This document shows positions 21,770 through 31,412 of a stretch of 64,000 nucleotides of DNA, piece by piece. The position numbers and the translations under genes are program-made. The stretch covers positions 49,234 through 113,233 of the forward strand of contig JBJOKS010000021.1 of assembly GCA_046045965.1 (NCBI GenBank), in the 5' to 3' direction. This DNA is from Cyanobacteriota bacterium. Its GTDB lineage: Bacteria > Cyanobacteriota > Cyanobacteriia > Cyanobacteriales > Nostocaceae. The notes below the pieces were generated by a model. The model was not told the DNA's origin. It saw only the letters and a list, made by a program, of their open reading frames with translations, and did not search any database. Each line of letters begins with the position of its first letter. The first letter of the stretch is position 1.

Positions 21770-22243
21770 ATGGCTGAATCTGGTAGAATCAGAGTTGCAA
21801 AAGATAAGGCTGATTTGGTTAAGGCTTTAATTTCTTCTGATGGTGGATATGGTCCTTTTCAGACTTTCGCTGATGTGATTGTTTTTGCTGCTGCTTTGGG
21901 GGTAAAGTATAAGAAGCGTGTTCCTTTTGATGAGGTTTCTAAACGTGAACCAGCACCAATTAGGTTGGAAACTTTTATATCAATGGGATATGATATTTTA
22001 ATTAAATTATTGGGAATTACAGAAACTCAAAATATTCAAGTTTTATCCCCTAATGAGGAAGAATATGAAAAACAACGTCATGAAATTTTTGAAGAATACG
22101 CTAATGGTGGTTTAGAAATTTTGCAAGGTGAACTTAGAGGTTCAATTGATTATTCAGACACCATTTTATTATTTTTGATTTCTGATAAAGAGGCTAAAAA
22201 TGAAGAACCTGGAGAATTTGATTTAAGAAAATTTCTAAATTAA
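21770..22243 (+). CDS. DNA phosphorothioation-associated protein 4 (PbeD-like)
   Basis: GPFQTFADVIVFAAALG and IFEEYANGGLEIL motifs; dnd context. Confidence 0.8.
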   Translation: MAESGRIRVAKDKADLVKALISSDGGYGPFQTFADVIVFAAALGVKYKKRVPFDEVSKREPAPIRLETFISMGYDILIKLLGITETQNIQVLSPNEEEYEKQRHEIFEEYANGGLEILQGELRGSIDYSDTILLFLISDKEAKNEEPGEFDLRKFLN

Positions 22244-22283
22244 CAATTTGCAATGTAATTACATTCAATCAATTTTCTAAAAT

Positions 22284-23207
22284 ATGGACACTTTAACATT
22301 ATACTGTCAGAAATTATCTAAACTGAATGTAAGTAGCAGTAAAAAACGTGGTACTGCTCTACATAAACCTATATTAGTGTTATCCGTTATAGATTTAATT
22401 AGTAGAGATATTATTGAAAATAATGAAATTAGAGTATCAGATGAATTAATTGAAACATTTGAAAAATATTGGCAGATAATAGGTTCACATTCTTATACAG
22501 GAGGTTTACATTATCCTTTTTTCCATTTACAAAGTGAAGGTTTTTGGCACTTACAATTTAAATTAGATTTTAATGGCTTACAACCAAAAACAACTAACAG
22601 ATTAAAACAAGCTGTTGAATATGCTTATTTAGATAGTGAATTATTTGAATTGTTGCAAAATGAACTCTCTAGACAAGAATTACTAGATGCACTGATAGCA
22701 GCTTTCTTTCCTGATAGAGATAACCAAATAGATAGCATTTTACAAATTAATCAGAATTTTGAAGATGAAAAAATACTTGCTGAGTATACTGAAAGCAAAC
22801 CTAAGTATACTTTGAAAAAAACAATAATTAGAAATGCTTTCTTTAGAAAAGCAGTTGTTTCTGTCTATGGTTGTCAATGTGCTTTTTGTGGCTTAATAGT
22901 TAACAAAACCATTACTCAAAATATAGTTGATGGCGCACATATAAAACCATTTTCCCAATTTTATGACAGTAGAATACATAACGGCATAGCCTTATGTAAA
23001 AATCATCATTGGGCATTTGATAGAGGTTGGTTTGCTGTTGATGAGAAATACAAAATTATAGTTAGTCAAGACTTAGAAGAAGTATCTCCCCACGCTAAAC
23101 CAATAAAAGATTTTCATGGTGAAAAACTCACACTTCCTAGAATAGAGAAATACTTTCCAGATATTGAAGCTTTAGAATGGCATCGTCAAAACATTTTTCA
23201 ACCCTAA
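22284..23207 (+). CDS. SBD-HNH endonuclease (phosphorothioate-dependent type IV restriction enzyme-like)
   Basis: N-terminal ALHKPILVLSVI and YPFFHLQSEGFW; C-terminal FRKAV..Y..QCAFCG, GAHIKP, NGIALCKNHHWAFDRG. Confidence 0.85.
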   Translation: MDTLTLYCQKLSKLNVSSSKKRGTALHKPILVLSVIDLISRDIIENNEIRVSDELIETFEKYWQIIGSHSYTGGLHYPFFHLQSEGFWHLQFKLDFNGLQPKTTNRLKQAVEYAYLDSELFELLQNELSRQELLDALIAAFFPDRDNQIDSILQINQNFEDEKILAEYTESKPKYTLKKTIIRNAFFRKAVVSVYGCQCAFCGLIVNKTITQNIVDGAHIKPFSQFYDSRIHNGIALCKNHHWAFDRGWFAVDEKYKIIVSQDLEEVSPHAKPIKDFHGEKLTLPRIEKYFPDIEALEWHRQNIFQP

Positions 23208-23230
23208 CTATTAAAGTATCTTCACACATC

Positions 23231-23403
23231 AGCCAGGGAATAAATTAAGAGTCTCAAAGCTAAAGTCGGTTTTAACCGACTATGTAACCTTTATTTTTTC
23301 TATGTGAAAAATAAATTTTGATTGTATTTTGGTTTAATTCGATATCAAAATATAGTACGTTTTAACGTACTTTAGCTATTAGCCCGGAAATTAATTTCCG
23401 GGC
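23231..23403. repeat. REP-like inverted palindrome doublet
   Basis: AGCTAAAGTCGGTTTTAACCGACTA with inverted partner TAGTACGTTTTAACGTACTTTAGCT, plus palindrome GCCCGGAAATTAATTTCCGGGC. Confidence 0.7.
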
Positions 23404-23435
23404 AGGTATGTCAGCAAAAAAATAAATGTTTTCAA

Positions 23436-25034
23436 CTATAAAACTGCTGGTAAACCAACATCTTGCTGTTCAACCAACTTCCCATCAAAACCAATAGTAT
23501 TATCTTCCATAGTTCTAGCATCAGCTAAAGCCTTACGCAAAGCAGCAACTTCCATCTTTTCAGTCATTCCCCCCACAATATAAACTAATAACTTCACCGC
23601 TAAATCTTTTCCTGCAACCTGTACCCGCTTCTTATTAGGGTCATATAAAACCCCATACCATAAAGAATGGGGAAATTCCATTTCACTAAAACCACCTTGA
23701 CGGTCAAATTTTCGCAACTTCTTAAAAATAGCTTCTAACGTAAAACCTTTTTTAAAAACCAAAATTCCCAAAGCTTGCGCTAAAGCAACTTGAGCAACCG
23801 GACGAAATAACATATTTCCTTCACCACCACCTTTTTCAAAACTAAATCTTCGCAAAACTGGCGTATCTTCATGTTCTAAAATCTTATAACTAGGAAGACT
23901 CGCTAAATAATCAAATAACTCCCTAAAATCTGCAATTCCTTCCTGCAATTCTTCATCATCTGGACGCATAGGAATTAGCCCTTTTTCCAAAGGTTTCCAA
24001 TGGGGGAATTTTTGCCCTAAATATCGTTCAGACATATCTTGTAAAGCTTGCAGCGTCGTTAACACAGTAGAATTAGTTGCTACTGTTGCACTATTCCAAT
24101 TTATGCGTTCTTTCCGATTCTCTTTATCTTCTAAAAGTGGATGTGTAACCGCAATTTTTCGCGCTACAATAGCAAAACCATCATCCTCATTTAATTGTGT
24201 TAACTGACCCTTAGTTAAAGGTGCAGCCATTAAATTTACATGAACAAAAATCGACCTTACCCGTCGTTTTGCTTCTGTGTAAGTTTCCCCAGCATCAACC
24301 GCACAAATAAACTCAATGCCAATTTTTTCTTGGGGTATTTTTTGTAACTCAGTTTCACTTACTTGATAATGTTCTAGTAAATCTGATAAAGTAATAAAAC
24401 TATCATTAGGCGTTTTATCCTTTTTACAACGTCTCAATTTTCCAGTTTTAATTAATTCTAATAAACCCTTAACTCCCATCAATCTATGTTGACCATCTAA
24501 TGCATAAATGCTGATATTTTCTTCAGCAACATTCAACAAACCAACTGTGCCATTTTCATCTAAAGGTGTAAAAACAGTAGTAGCTTTTTTAGCAATTCCC
24601 TGACTATCCCACTCATCCGCTTTTGCATTATCAACCCAAGGTTGATTAATTACAACCAATACTGGGGGGAACTTATGATTTTTTCTAGCTGCTAAATATT
24701 GTACTAACGGTGCTTGACGTGACCAGTCAAGAGGACGCTGCTGAACTTCATCAATACTATCCGCATCAATTTCAATATTTTCTGTATCCGGGTTGTAATT
24801 TTTTTGCAACAATGGTAAAGCTGAAGCAAACTGAACTCTGTTTGCAAACCATTCCAATGTAACAGAACCTACATAAGCTTCAATACCACCCATCTGGGTT
24901 TGCTGTACAAGAATTTGATCTTTTTTACCTAAAAACTGCTCTAGTAATACAGATAACGTCTGTTGGTTCTGATTATCGTTTTCTGGATATTGTTGAGAAA
25001 TGTTACGATTTGGTTCAGATGTGGTATCAATCAT
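23436..25034 (-). CDS. DGQHR-domain protein (DndB-like)
   Basis: QQRPLD, ALDGQHRL, IFVHVN; divergent from dndC. Confidence 0.88.
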   Translation of the reverse strand: MIDTTSEPNRNISQQYPENDNQNQQTLSVLLEQFLGKKDQILVQQTQMGGIEAYVGSVTLEWFANRVQFASALPLLQKNYNPDTENIEIDADSIDEVQQRPLDWSRQAPLVQYLAARKNHKFPPVLVVINQPWVDNAKADEWDSQGIAKKATTVFTPLDENGTVGLLNVAEENISIYALDGQHRLMGVKGLLELIKTGKLRRCKKDKTPNDSFITLSDLLEHYQVSETELQKIPQEKIGIEFICAVDAGETYTEAKRRVRSIFVHVNLMAAPLTKGQLTQLNEDDGFAIVARKIAVTHPLLEDKENRKERINWNSATVATNSTVLTTLQALQDMSERYLGQKFPHWKPLEKGLIPMRPDDEELQEGIADFRELFDYLASLPSYKILEHEDTPVLRRFSFEKGGGEGNMLFRPVAQVALAQALGILVFKKGFTLEAIFKKLRKFDRQGGFSEMEFPHSLWYGVLYDPNKKRVQVAGKDLAVKLLVYIVGGMTEKMEVAALRKALADARTMEDNTIGFDGKLVEQQDVGLPAVL

Positions 25035-25225
25035 AGTAGTTTTTAAAAACTTATTCCCAGAGTAGATAGCTTATTTTTCCAAAAAAATGGATACTAGGAT
25101 TATAGTTTTTGAAAACTATTTTGGGAAATTAATGTAAACTAACTTAGTATAATTAGTTTCCTGTGCTTACATTTGCTTCTATAGGAAGAATTAATTCATA
25201 TCCATGTATTTACAGGTATAAAGTC

Positions 25226-26833
25226 ATGAATACAGCACAACAACCAGACAGTAAAACTCAGCAAAATCGCACTGTAGCAGAATTAGTAGACTATATTCAA
25301 GTTCTCACTACAGAAATTCAAGAATTATATTGTTTAGATGCTATCCCTTGGGTTGTCGGTTATTCCGGTGGAAAAGACAGTACAGCAACTTTACAACTTA
25401 TTTGGAATGCAATTTCTGGACTTCCACCGGAAAAAAGAACTAAAACTATTCATGTCATTACCACAGATACAGGTGTAGAAAATCCTTATGTTTCTGCTTG
25501 GGTAAGTAATTCATTAAAACAAATGGAAATTGCTGCTCAAGAACAAAAAATGCCAATGACACCACATTTACTACAACCAGAAACTAAACAAACATATTGG
25601 GCAGGTTTAATAGGTAAAGGTTATCCTGCACCCCGTCATACATTTCGCTGGTGTACAGGAAGGCTAAAAATTGATCCTTCTAACCGTTTTATTCGTGATG
25701 TGGTTAGAGCTAGTGGTGAAACAATTGTTATATTAGGAACTCGCAAAACTGAAAGTAAAAATCGCGCTTTAATTATGACAAAGAGAGAAGAGGGAAGAGT
25801 CAGAGATAGGCTTTGTCCTCATCCTAGTCTCATTAATTCTTTGTTATATACACCTATTGAAGATTGGCGTAATGATGAAGTTTGGCTATATTTAATGCAA
25901 TGGGAAAATCCTTGGAGACATAGTAATAAAGATTTATTTAATATGTATAGAGAGTCAACAGCAGATAATGAATGTCCTTTAGTTGTTGATACATCTACTC
26001 CTAGTTGTGGTAACTCTCGTTTTGGGTGTTGGGTTTGCACATTAGTTAGCAGTGACAAATCTTTAAACGCCATGATTCAAAATGATGAAGAAAAAGAATG
26101 GATGCAACCAATAGTTGATTTTCGTCGAGAATTAGACATTGAACATGATAGAGAGAAAAGAGATTTTCGCCGGATCTGGGGAGAAGTTCAATTATTTGAA
26201 CGTAATAAAAACGGTGAAACATCTGTTGAACCAATACCAGGACCATATACAAAATATTGGCGTGAGTATTGGTTAAGAAAACTATTAACAGCGCAAACCG
26301 AAATGCGGCAAAACGCCCCAGAAAATATGCGCGACATTACCTTAATTTCTATGGAAGAACTCAGCGAAATTCGCCGGATCTGGCTAGAAGAAAAACACGA
26401 ATTTGATGATAGTTTACCCCGTATCTATCAAGAAGTCACAGGAGAAGCATTTAAAGATCCCCGTCCTGGTTCAGATTATAGCCTACTTGGTAGCGATGAA
26501 TGGGAAGTATTAGAAGAAATTTGTGATGGTGATGGAATGCAATTAGAACTGATGGCTAAATTACTAGATACAGAACGCCAATTTAAGAAAAAAACGCGCC
26601 GTGTGGGAATTTATGAAAGTTTAGAAAAATGCTTTGATACAAGTTCTCGTTCTCAAGAGGAAGCCATTAAAAATGCCCATTTAAAACGGGATTTAAGAGA
26701 AGCCGCTAGTAAAGGTGATGTGGCGACAATTCGCGCAGCATTTAAACAATTAAATATCGGTGAAACTCCAGCAAAGGAAGAGAATAAACCCGATAGTTTT
26801 GCAGGTAGGAAGTTTAAGAAAAAGGAAGAGTGA
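25226..26833 (+). CDS. dndC: DNA phosphorothioation sulfurtransferase DndC
   Basis: PWVVGYSGGKDS, GKGYPAP..FRWCTGRLKI, CGNSRFGCWVCT; ATG at 25226 preferred over GTG at 25163. Confidence 0.96.
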   Translation: MNTAQQPDSKTQQNRTVAELVDYIQVLTTEIQELYCLDAIPWVVGYSGGKDSTATLQLIWNAISGLPPEKRTKTIHVITTDTGVENPYVSAWVSNSLKQMEIAAQEQKMPMTPHLLQPETKQTYWAGLIGKGYPAPRHTFRWCTGRLKIDPSNRFIRDVVRASGETIVILGTRKTESKNRALIMTKREEGRVRDRLCPHPSLINSLLYTPIEDWRNDEVWLYLMQWENPWRHSNKDLFNMYRESTADNECPLVVDTSTPSCGNSRFGCWVCTLVSSDKSLNAMIQNDEEKEWMQPIVDFRRELDIEHDREKRDFRRIWGEVQLFERNKNGETSVEPIPGPYTKYWREYWLRKLLTAQTEMRQNAPENMRDITLISMEELSEIRRIWLEEKHEFDDSLPRIYQEVTGEAFKDPRPGSDYSLLGSDEWEVLEEICDGDGMQLELMAKLLDTERQFKKKTRRVGIYESLEKCFDTSSRSQEEAIKNAHLKRDLREAASKGDVATIRAAFKQLNIGETPAKEENKPDSFAGRKFKKKEE

Positions 26834-26845
26834 TAATAAATCCTT

Positions 26846-26957
26846 TCTCGTTCCTAGACTCTGGCTAGGAATGCCTAATGTGAGGCTCTGCCTCAGACAG
26901 TTATAAACGAGGCAGAGCCTCTTGTACAGCGTTCCCAGGCAGAGCCAGGGAACGAGA
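26846..26957. repeat. 112-bp palindromic REP/MITE-like element between dndC and dndD
   Basis: TCTCGTTCC...GGAACGAGA termini with internal GAGGCTCTGCCTC/GAGGCAGAGCCTC inverted pair. Confidence 0.8.
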
Positions 26958-26982
26958 TCATTATTAAAAAACCACCCAAACC

Positions 26983-28971
26983 ATGATATTCCTCGAACTC
27001 GTACTGCAAAATTTTGGTCCCTATGCTGGGAGACAAGTTATCAACCTCAACCCCAAAATAGATGATGATAATATCCGCCCTATCATTCTTTTAGGTGGTA
27101 TGAATGGTGGTGGAAAAACCACCCTCATGGATGCTATTCGTCTGGCTTTATATGGACATCGCGCTCAATGTTCAACTCGTGGTAATCTCAGTTATAGTGA
27201 TTTTTTAAATCAATGCGTTAATAGCAAAGCTAACCCCATTGATAAAACTCGAATTGAGTTAGTTTTTGAACATATTGAAGACGATAAACCAGTTAAATAT
27301 CGTGTTGTCAGAACTTGGGAAAAAAATCCTAAAGATGGTAAAGACTCTTTAGGTATTTTAGGAGAGGATGATACTTGGCCTATTGATTCTTTAGCGAATA
27401 TCTGGGATGAATATATAGAAAATATTTTACCTTTAGGTATTTCTAATTTATTTCTGTTTGACGGTGAACAAGTCAAGGAACTAGCAGAACAAGAAACACC
27501 TCCCCCTCTTGTTATAGATGCCATTAACGGACTTTTAGGATTAGAATTAGCTGATAAATTAGCAATAGATTTAGAAATATTAGTCAATCGTAAAAAAAAG
27601 GAAAGTGCAGATAATCAAGATTTAGCTAAATTAGAAGAAATTGAAAACCGTCTTAGTCAAAAACTGGAAGATGAAGAAACTGCGAAAGAAGAATTAGAAG
27701 CATTAAATAGTAAATTAGAAGAATTAGAAATAAAACACGAAGAAGCTTTAAATAAGTTCGTTTCAGAAGGTGGTAAAATTGCTGCTGAACGCAGTCAATT
27801 GGAAACACAAACGCAAGATAAAACTAAGATTACAGAAAATATCCGTCAATCTTTATGTGAAGTAGCGGCTGATGTTTTACCTTTGGCTTTAATTCCTAAT
27901 TTATTATCTCAAGTTCAAACCCAATGTGAAAGAGAATTTCGTATTCAACAAATTCAATTAGCTAAAGATATATTAATTGCTAGAGATCAAAGATTAATTG
28001 ATTGGTTAAATCAGTCTAATTTGGAATCAGATAAACTGAATAATATTCAATCTTTCTTAGCTGAAGACATAAATAAACTATATGCAGCTAATTCATCTAC
28101 AGAAACTAATTGGTTAAATGCTGATGAAGAAACTTTAACTTTACTTGACAATTTCATATATCGTCTCCAAATTAACCAAGATACTGCCCAAAAGCAGTTA
28201 ATTGAACTAAATAATTATGAGGAGGAAATTCTCACCCTAGAAAGACAAATGCAAACAGCCGCAGAACCAGAAGAATATACAAAGCTAAAAAATGATTTGC
28301 AGAAAGCGCAAACAGAACTGAATAAAGTACAAACTCAAAGAGAAATAACCAGCCGTAATTTAATAGAATTAGAAACAGTAATTAATCAAACCAAAAAAGA
28401 GCTAAATAATTATACGAGCGAAAATCTCAAATATCAAAGTAATGAACATTTGATTAATGCAGCTACTCAAGTACAGAATACATTAAAAATATTTAGAGAA
28501 AGATTGACTTTGAGGAAATTAAATAAATTAGAAGAAGAAGTAAAAAATTGTTTCTTGTATTTATTACATAAATCAGATTTAGTCCATCGTATTGCTATTG
28601 ATGCTAAAACCTTCAGCCTATCATTATATGATTTAAACGGTAAACCAGTAGCCAAACATCGACTTTCCGCCGGAGAAAAACAACTATTAGCGATCGCCTT
28701 CCTGTGGGGTTTAGCAAAAGTATCAGGAAAACGCCTCCCAGTCGCTATTGACACACCTTTAGGAAGACTCGACTCATCCCATAGAAACAACCTAGTAGAA
28801 AGATACTTTCCCTCAGCTAGCCATCAAGTAATTCTCCTTTCCACCGACACCGAAATAGCTAAAAAAGAATATCAAACCCTCCAAGAAACCGAAGCGATCG
28901 CCCGCGAATACCTCCTCAAATACGACTCCAGCAAACGAGAAACCACCATCAAACCCGGTTATTTTTGGTAA
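26983..28971 (+). CDS. dndD: DNA sulfur modification ATPase DndD
   Basis: GGMNGGGKTT, LFLFDGEQ, LSAGEKQL, IDTPLGRLDSSHR, LLSTDTEI, C-terminal GYFW. Confidence 0.96.
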   Translation: MIFLELVLQNFGPYAGRQVINLNPKIDDDNIRPIILLGGMNGGGKTTLMDAIRLALYGHRAQCSTRGNLSYSDFLNQCVNSKANPIDKTRIELVFEHIEDDKPVKYRVVRTWEKNPKDGKDSLGILGEDDTWPIDSLANIWDEYIENILPLGISNLFLFDGEQVKELAEQETPPPLVIDAINGLLGLELADKLAIDLEILVNRKKKESADNQDLAKLEEIENRLSQKLEDEETAKEELEALNSKLEELEIKHEEALNKFVSEGGKIAAERSQLETQTQDKTKITENIRQSLCEVAADVLPLALIPNLLSQVQTQCEREFRIQQIQLAKDILIARDQRLIDWLNQSNLESDKLNNIQSFLAEDINKLYAANSSTETNWLNADEETLTLLDNFIYRLQINQDTAQKQLIELNNYEEEILTLERQMQTAAEPEEYTKLKNDLQKAQTELNKVQTQREITSRNLIELETVINQTKKELNNYTSENLKYQSNEHLINAATQVQNTLKIFRERLTLRKLNKLEEEVKNCFLYLLHKSDLVHRIAIDAKTFSLSLYDLNGKPVAKHRLSAGEKQLLAIAFLWGLAKVSGKRLPVAIDTPLGRLDSSHRNNLVERYFPSASHQVILLSTDTEIAKKEYQTLQETEAIAREYLLKYDSSKRETTIKPGYFW

Positions 28972-29032
28972 ATCTTTCCTTCCTTCTTTCCTCTGTGTCC
29001 TCTGCGCCTCTGCGGTTCGTTAATCAAAAATC

Positions 29033-29431
29033 ATGGAATCACCAATAGAACGCATTAAAATCTCCCAAACAGCCAAAGAACAACTGATCAAACTCAAACG
29101 CCACACCAAAATAGAACAATGGAATATACTATGTCGTTGGGCGTTTTGTCGTTCCCTCGCCGAACCAGCCGCACCCACCCCCGTACCCATACCCCAAGAT
29201 AGCAACGTCGAAATGACCTGGCGTGTATTTGGTGGCGAAATAGCCGATATATTGCTTCTAGCACTCAAACAACGCTGTCACAACGACGGCTTAGACACAG
29301 ACAAAGAAACCCTCATCACCCAATTTCGCCTACATTTACATCGGGGTATAGGATATTTAGCAGGAGATCCAAATATTAAGAGAATTGAAGATTTAATCGA
29401 ACTGGCAACAAAGAAAGTAAAATCCTCCTGA
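29033..29431 (+). CDS. dndE: DNA sulfur modification protein DndE
   Basis: KLKRHTKIEQWNILCRWAFCRSL, EMTWRVFGG, HLHRGIGYL. Confidence 0.96.
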   Translation: MESPIERIKISQTAKEQLIKLKRHTKIEQWNILCRWAFCRSLAEPAAPTPVPIPQDSNVEMTWRVFGGEIADILLLALKQRCHNDGLDTDKETLITQFRLHLHRGIGYLAGDPNIKRIEDLIELATKKVKSS

Positions 29432-29511
29432 CTTCACAAAAAACAGAAGTTACTTAATTTTGACTTTATTGGCCTCATCTGTTCCCTATTCCCTGTTCCC
29501 TGTTCCCTCCC

Positions 29512-31026
29512 ATGAAAGAAATTCAAGCACTGCGACAGGCATTTCAAAGCCGAAAAATGTCTGGTTTGCTGTTACTAGGCTTTGCCTCTGGACTGCCATT
29601 ATTCTTAACAACCCGCACACTTCAACTATGGATGAAAGATGCCGATGTTGACGTTGCCAAAATCACATTATTTGGATTGGTTAGTTTACCATACTCCTTA
29701 AAATTCATTTGGTCGCCTTTAATTGATAGATTTTCTCCCCCATTTTTAGGAGGCAGAAAAGGTTGGTTATTTTTAACTCAAATCGGGTTAGTAATAGCTA
29801 TATTAGCAATGGCATTACAACAACCAAGCCAGAACACACAAATATTAATGACATTAGCAATTACATCATTTATAATTGCTTTTTTAAGTGCAACTCAAGA
29901 TATTGCTGGTGACGCTTATCGCACAGAAATTTTAAATCCTTTGGAATTGGAAACAGGCGCTTCTCTCTGGGTCTTAGGTTATCGTGTTGCCCTGTTTATC
30001 GCCTTTTCCCTAGCAGCATGGTTAGCCGGATTTATGCCTTGGAATATAGTTTATTTATTCATGGCAGGATTTATGTCAATTGGTTTAATTACTACTCTTT
30101 TCGTACCATCAGAACCACAAATAGAAAATAGTTCTATAGCCGCAAATAACAGATCCTTAAAAAGTAAAGATATTATATTTCTCTTAGTGATCATCACCAT
30201 CATTACAAGTTTAGTAGGTGGTGTGATTTCCGAATTTATTCCCTTAAAAGTATTTTATTGGATATTAGGTGGATTGCTCATAACTTGGATTAGCGCCTCA
30301 ATTATTCTCCCCAAACCTCAACTAAATGAAAATCAGGAGAATATCACACCCCAAACATTACAAGAAGCAGTAATTTTACCATTACAAATATTCTTAGAAA
30401 AATTCGGCATCACCAAAGCATTGATAATTCTCATATTTATCATTCTCTATAAACTGGGTGACTCCCTAGTAGGCATTACAGCTAACTTATTCGCTAAAGA
30501 GATTAAATTTGATAACCAAGAACTCGCAACAGTTTATATTATTGGTTTGGTTGCCACTACCGTAGGAGTCATCTTAGGTGGGATAATAATGTCCAGAATC
30601 GGCATCTATCGCGCCCTTTGGATATTTGGCGCACTGCAATTACTCAGCAACTTGGGTTATTATGCACTAGCTATCACTGGTAAAGATTACTCTATGTTAG
30701 CGATCGCCATCATGATTGAAAATACCAGCGCCGGATTAGTCACAGTGGCAACCGTAGCTTATTTAATGAGTTTATGCAGCCACAACTTCACCACCACACA
30801 ATTTGCCCTCTTTTCTAGCCTTATGGCCTTAAGTCGAGACGTTCTTTCCGCACCCGCAGGAGATTTAGCCAAAGCCACAGGCTGGCCTTCATTCTTCCTG
30901 ATCTCTATGGTAGCAGCCCTACCTGGATTGCTGCTATTACCCCTAGTTGCTCCCTGGAACTCAAAACCATTAGCATTCACCAGACCAGGACTTGAAGCAG
31001 AAGAGGATTTATGGGGAACCAAGTAG
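29512..31026 (+). CDS. ampG: AmpG-family muropeptide MFS permease
   Basis: GFASGLP, KFIWSPLIDR, SATQDI, TTQFALFSS. Confidence 0.9.
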   Translation: MKEIQALRQAFQSRKMSGLLLLGFASGLPLFLTTRTLQLWMKDADVDVAKITLFGLVSLPYSLKFIWSPLIDRFSPPFLGGRKGWLFLTQIGLVIAILAMALQQPSQNTQILMTLAITSFIIAFLSATQDIAGDAYRTEILNPLELETGASLWVLGYRVALFIAFSLAAWLAGFMPWNIVYLFMAGFMSIGLITTLFVPSEPQIENSSIAANNRSLKSKDIIFLLVIITIITSLVGGVISEFIPLKVFYWILGGLLITWISASIILPKPQLNENQENITPQTLQEAVILPLQIFLEKFGITKALIILIFIILYKLGDSLVGITANLFAKEIKFDNQELATVYIIGLVATTVGVILGGIIMSRIGIYRALWIFGALQLLSNLGYYALAITGKDYSMLAIAIMIENTSAGLVTVATVAYLMSLCSHNFTTTQFALFSSLMALSRDVLSAPAGDLAKATGWPSFFLISMVAALPGLLLLPLVAPWNSKPLAFTRPGLEAEEDLWGTK

Positions 31027-31412
31027 TAATTCTTGTCGGTACATTTGTCCTCGTTGTCACAGGGTTATTACTGGGGTACGTACTCTCCCAATTAGTTCTA
31101 GGATATCTTGCGTTTAACCTCCTCACCCTCCTGGGAACAATTAGCCTGGTCTTAATTTTTGGCACACTTTACTACGTTTTATTTTGGCAGTTGCGACGAG
31201 AGCAGTTACAACCAGTCAATCGCACTCCACTCACCCAAGTAGACGAAGAAATAACCGGAAACTACTTGAAAAACCGACTCATCGCCAGATTATCTGGTGA
31301 CGTAGCCGCAGCAGAACGGTTAATTGAGCAAGCCAAACAGAATTATCCCGGAATGCCAGAAAATTGGTATTGTGAACGAGTCCTTGATGATTTAGATCGG
31401 GATGAGCGTTAA
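31011..31412 (+). CDS. Hypothetical membrane protein
   Basis: Two TM helices plus C-terminal LSGDVAAAERL...WYCERVLDDL domain; overlaps ampG. Confidence 0.75.
   Translation: MGNQVVILVGTFVLVVTGLLLGYVLSQLVLGYLAFNLLTLLGTISLVLIFGTLYYVLFWQLRREQLQPVNRTPLTQVDEEITGNYLKNRLIARLSGDVAAAERLIEQAKQNYPGMPENWYCERVLDDLDRDER

Noticed and set aside
20943..28690. Apparent HIP1 depletion in the dnd locus as a sign of recent horizontal transfer
   Set aside because: By eye a similar HIP1-free gap spans about 4.2-10.3 kb including recG, and dndD itself carries HIP1 sites; not significant without statistics.
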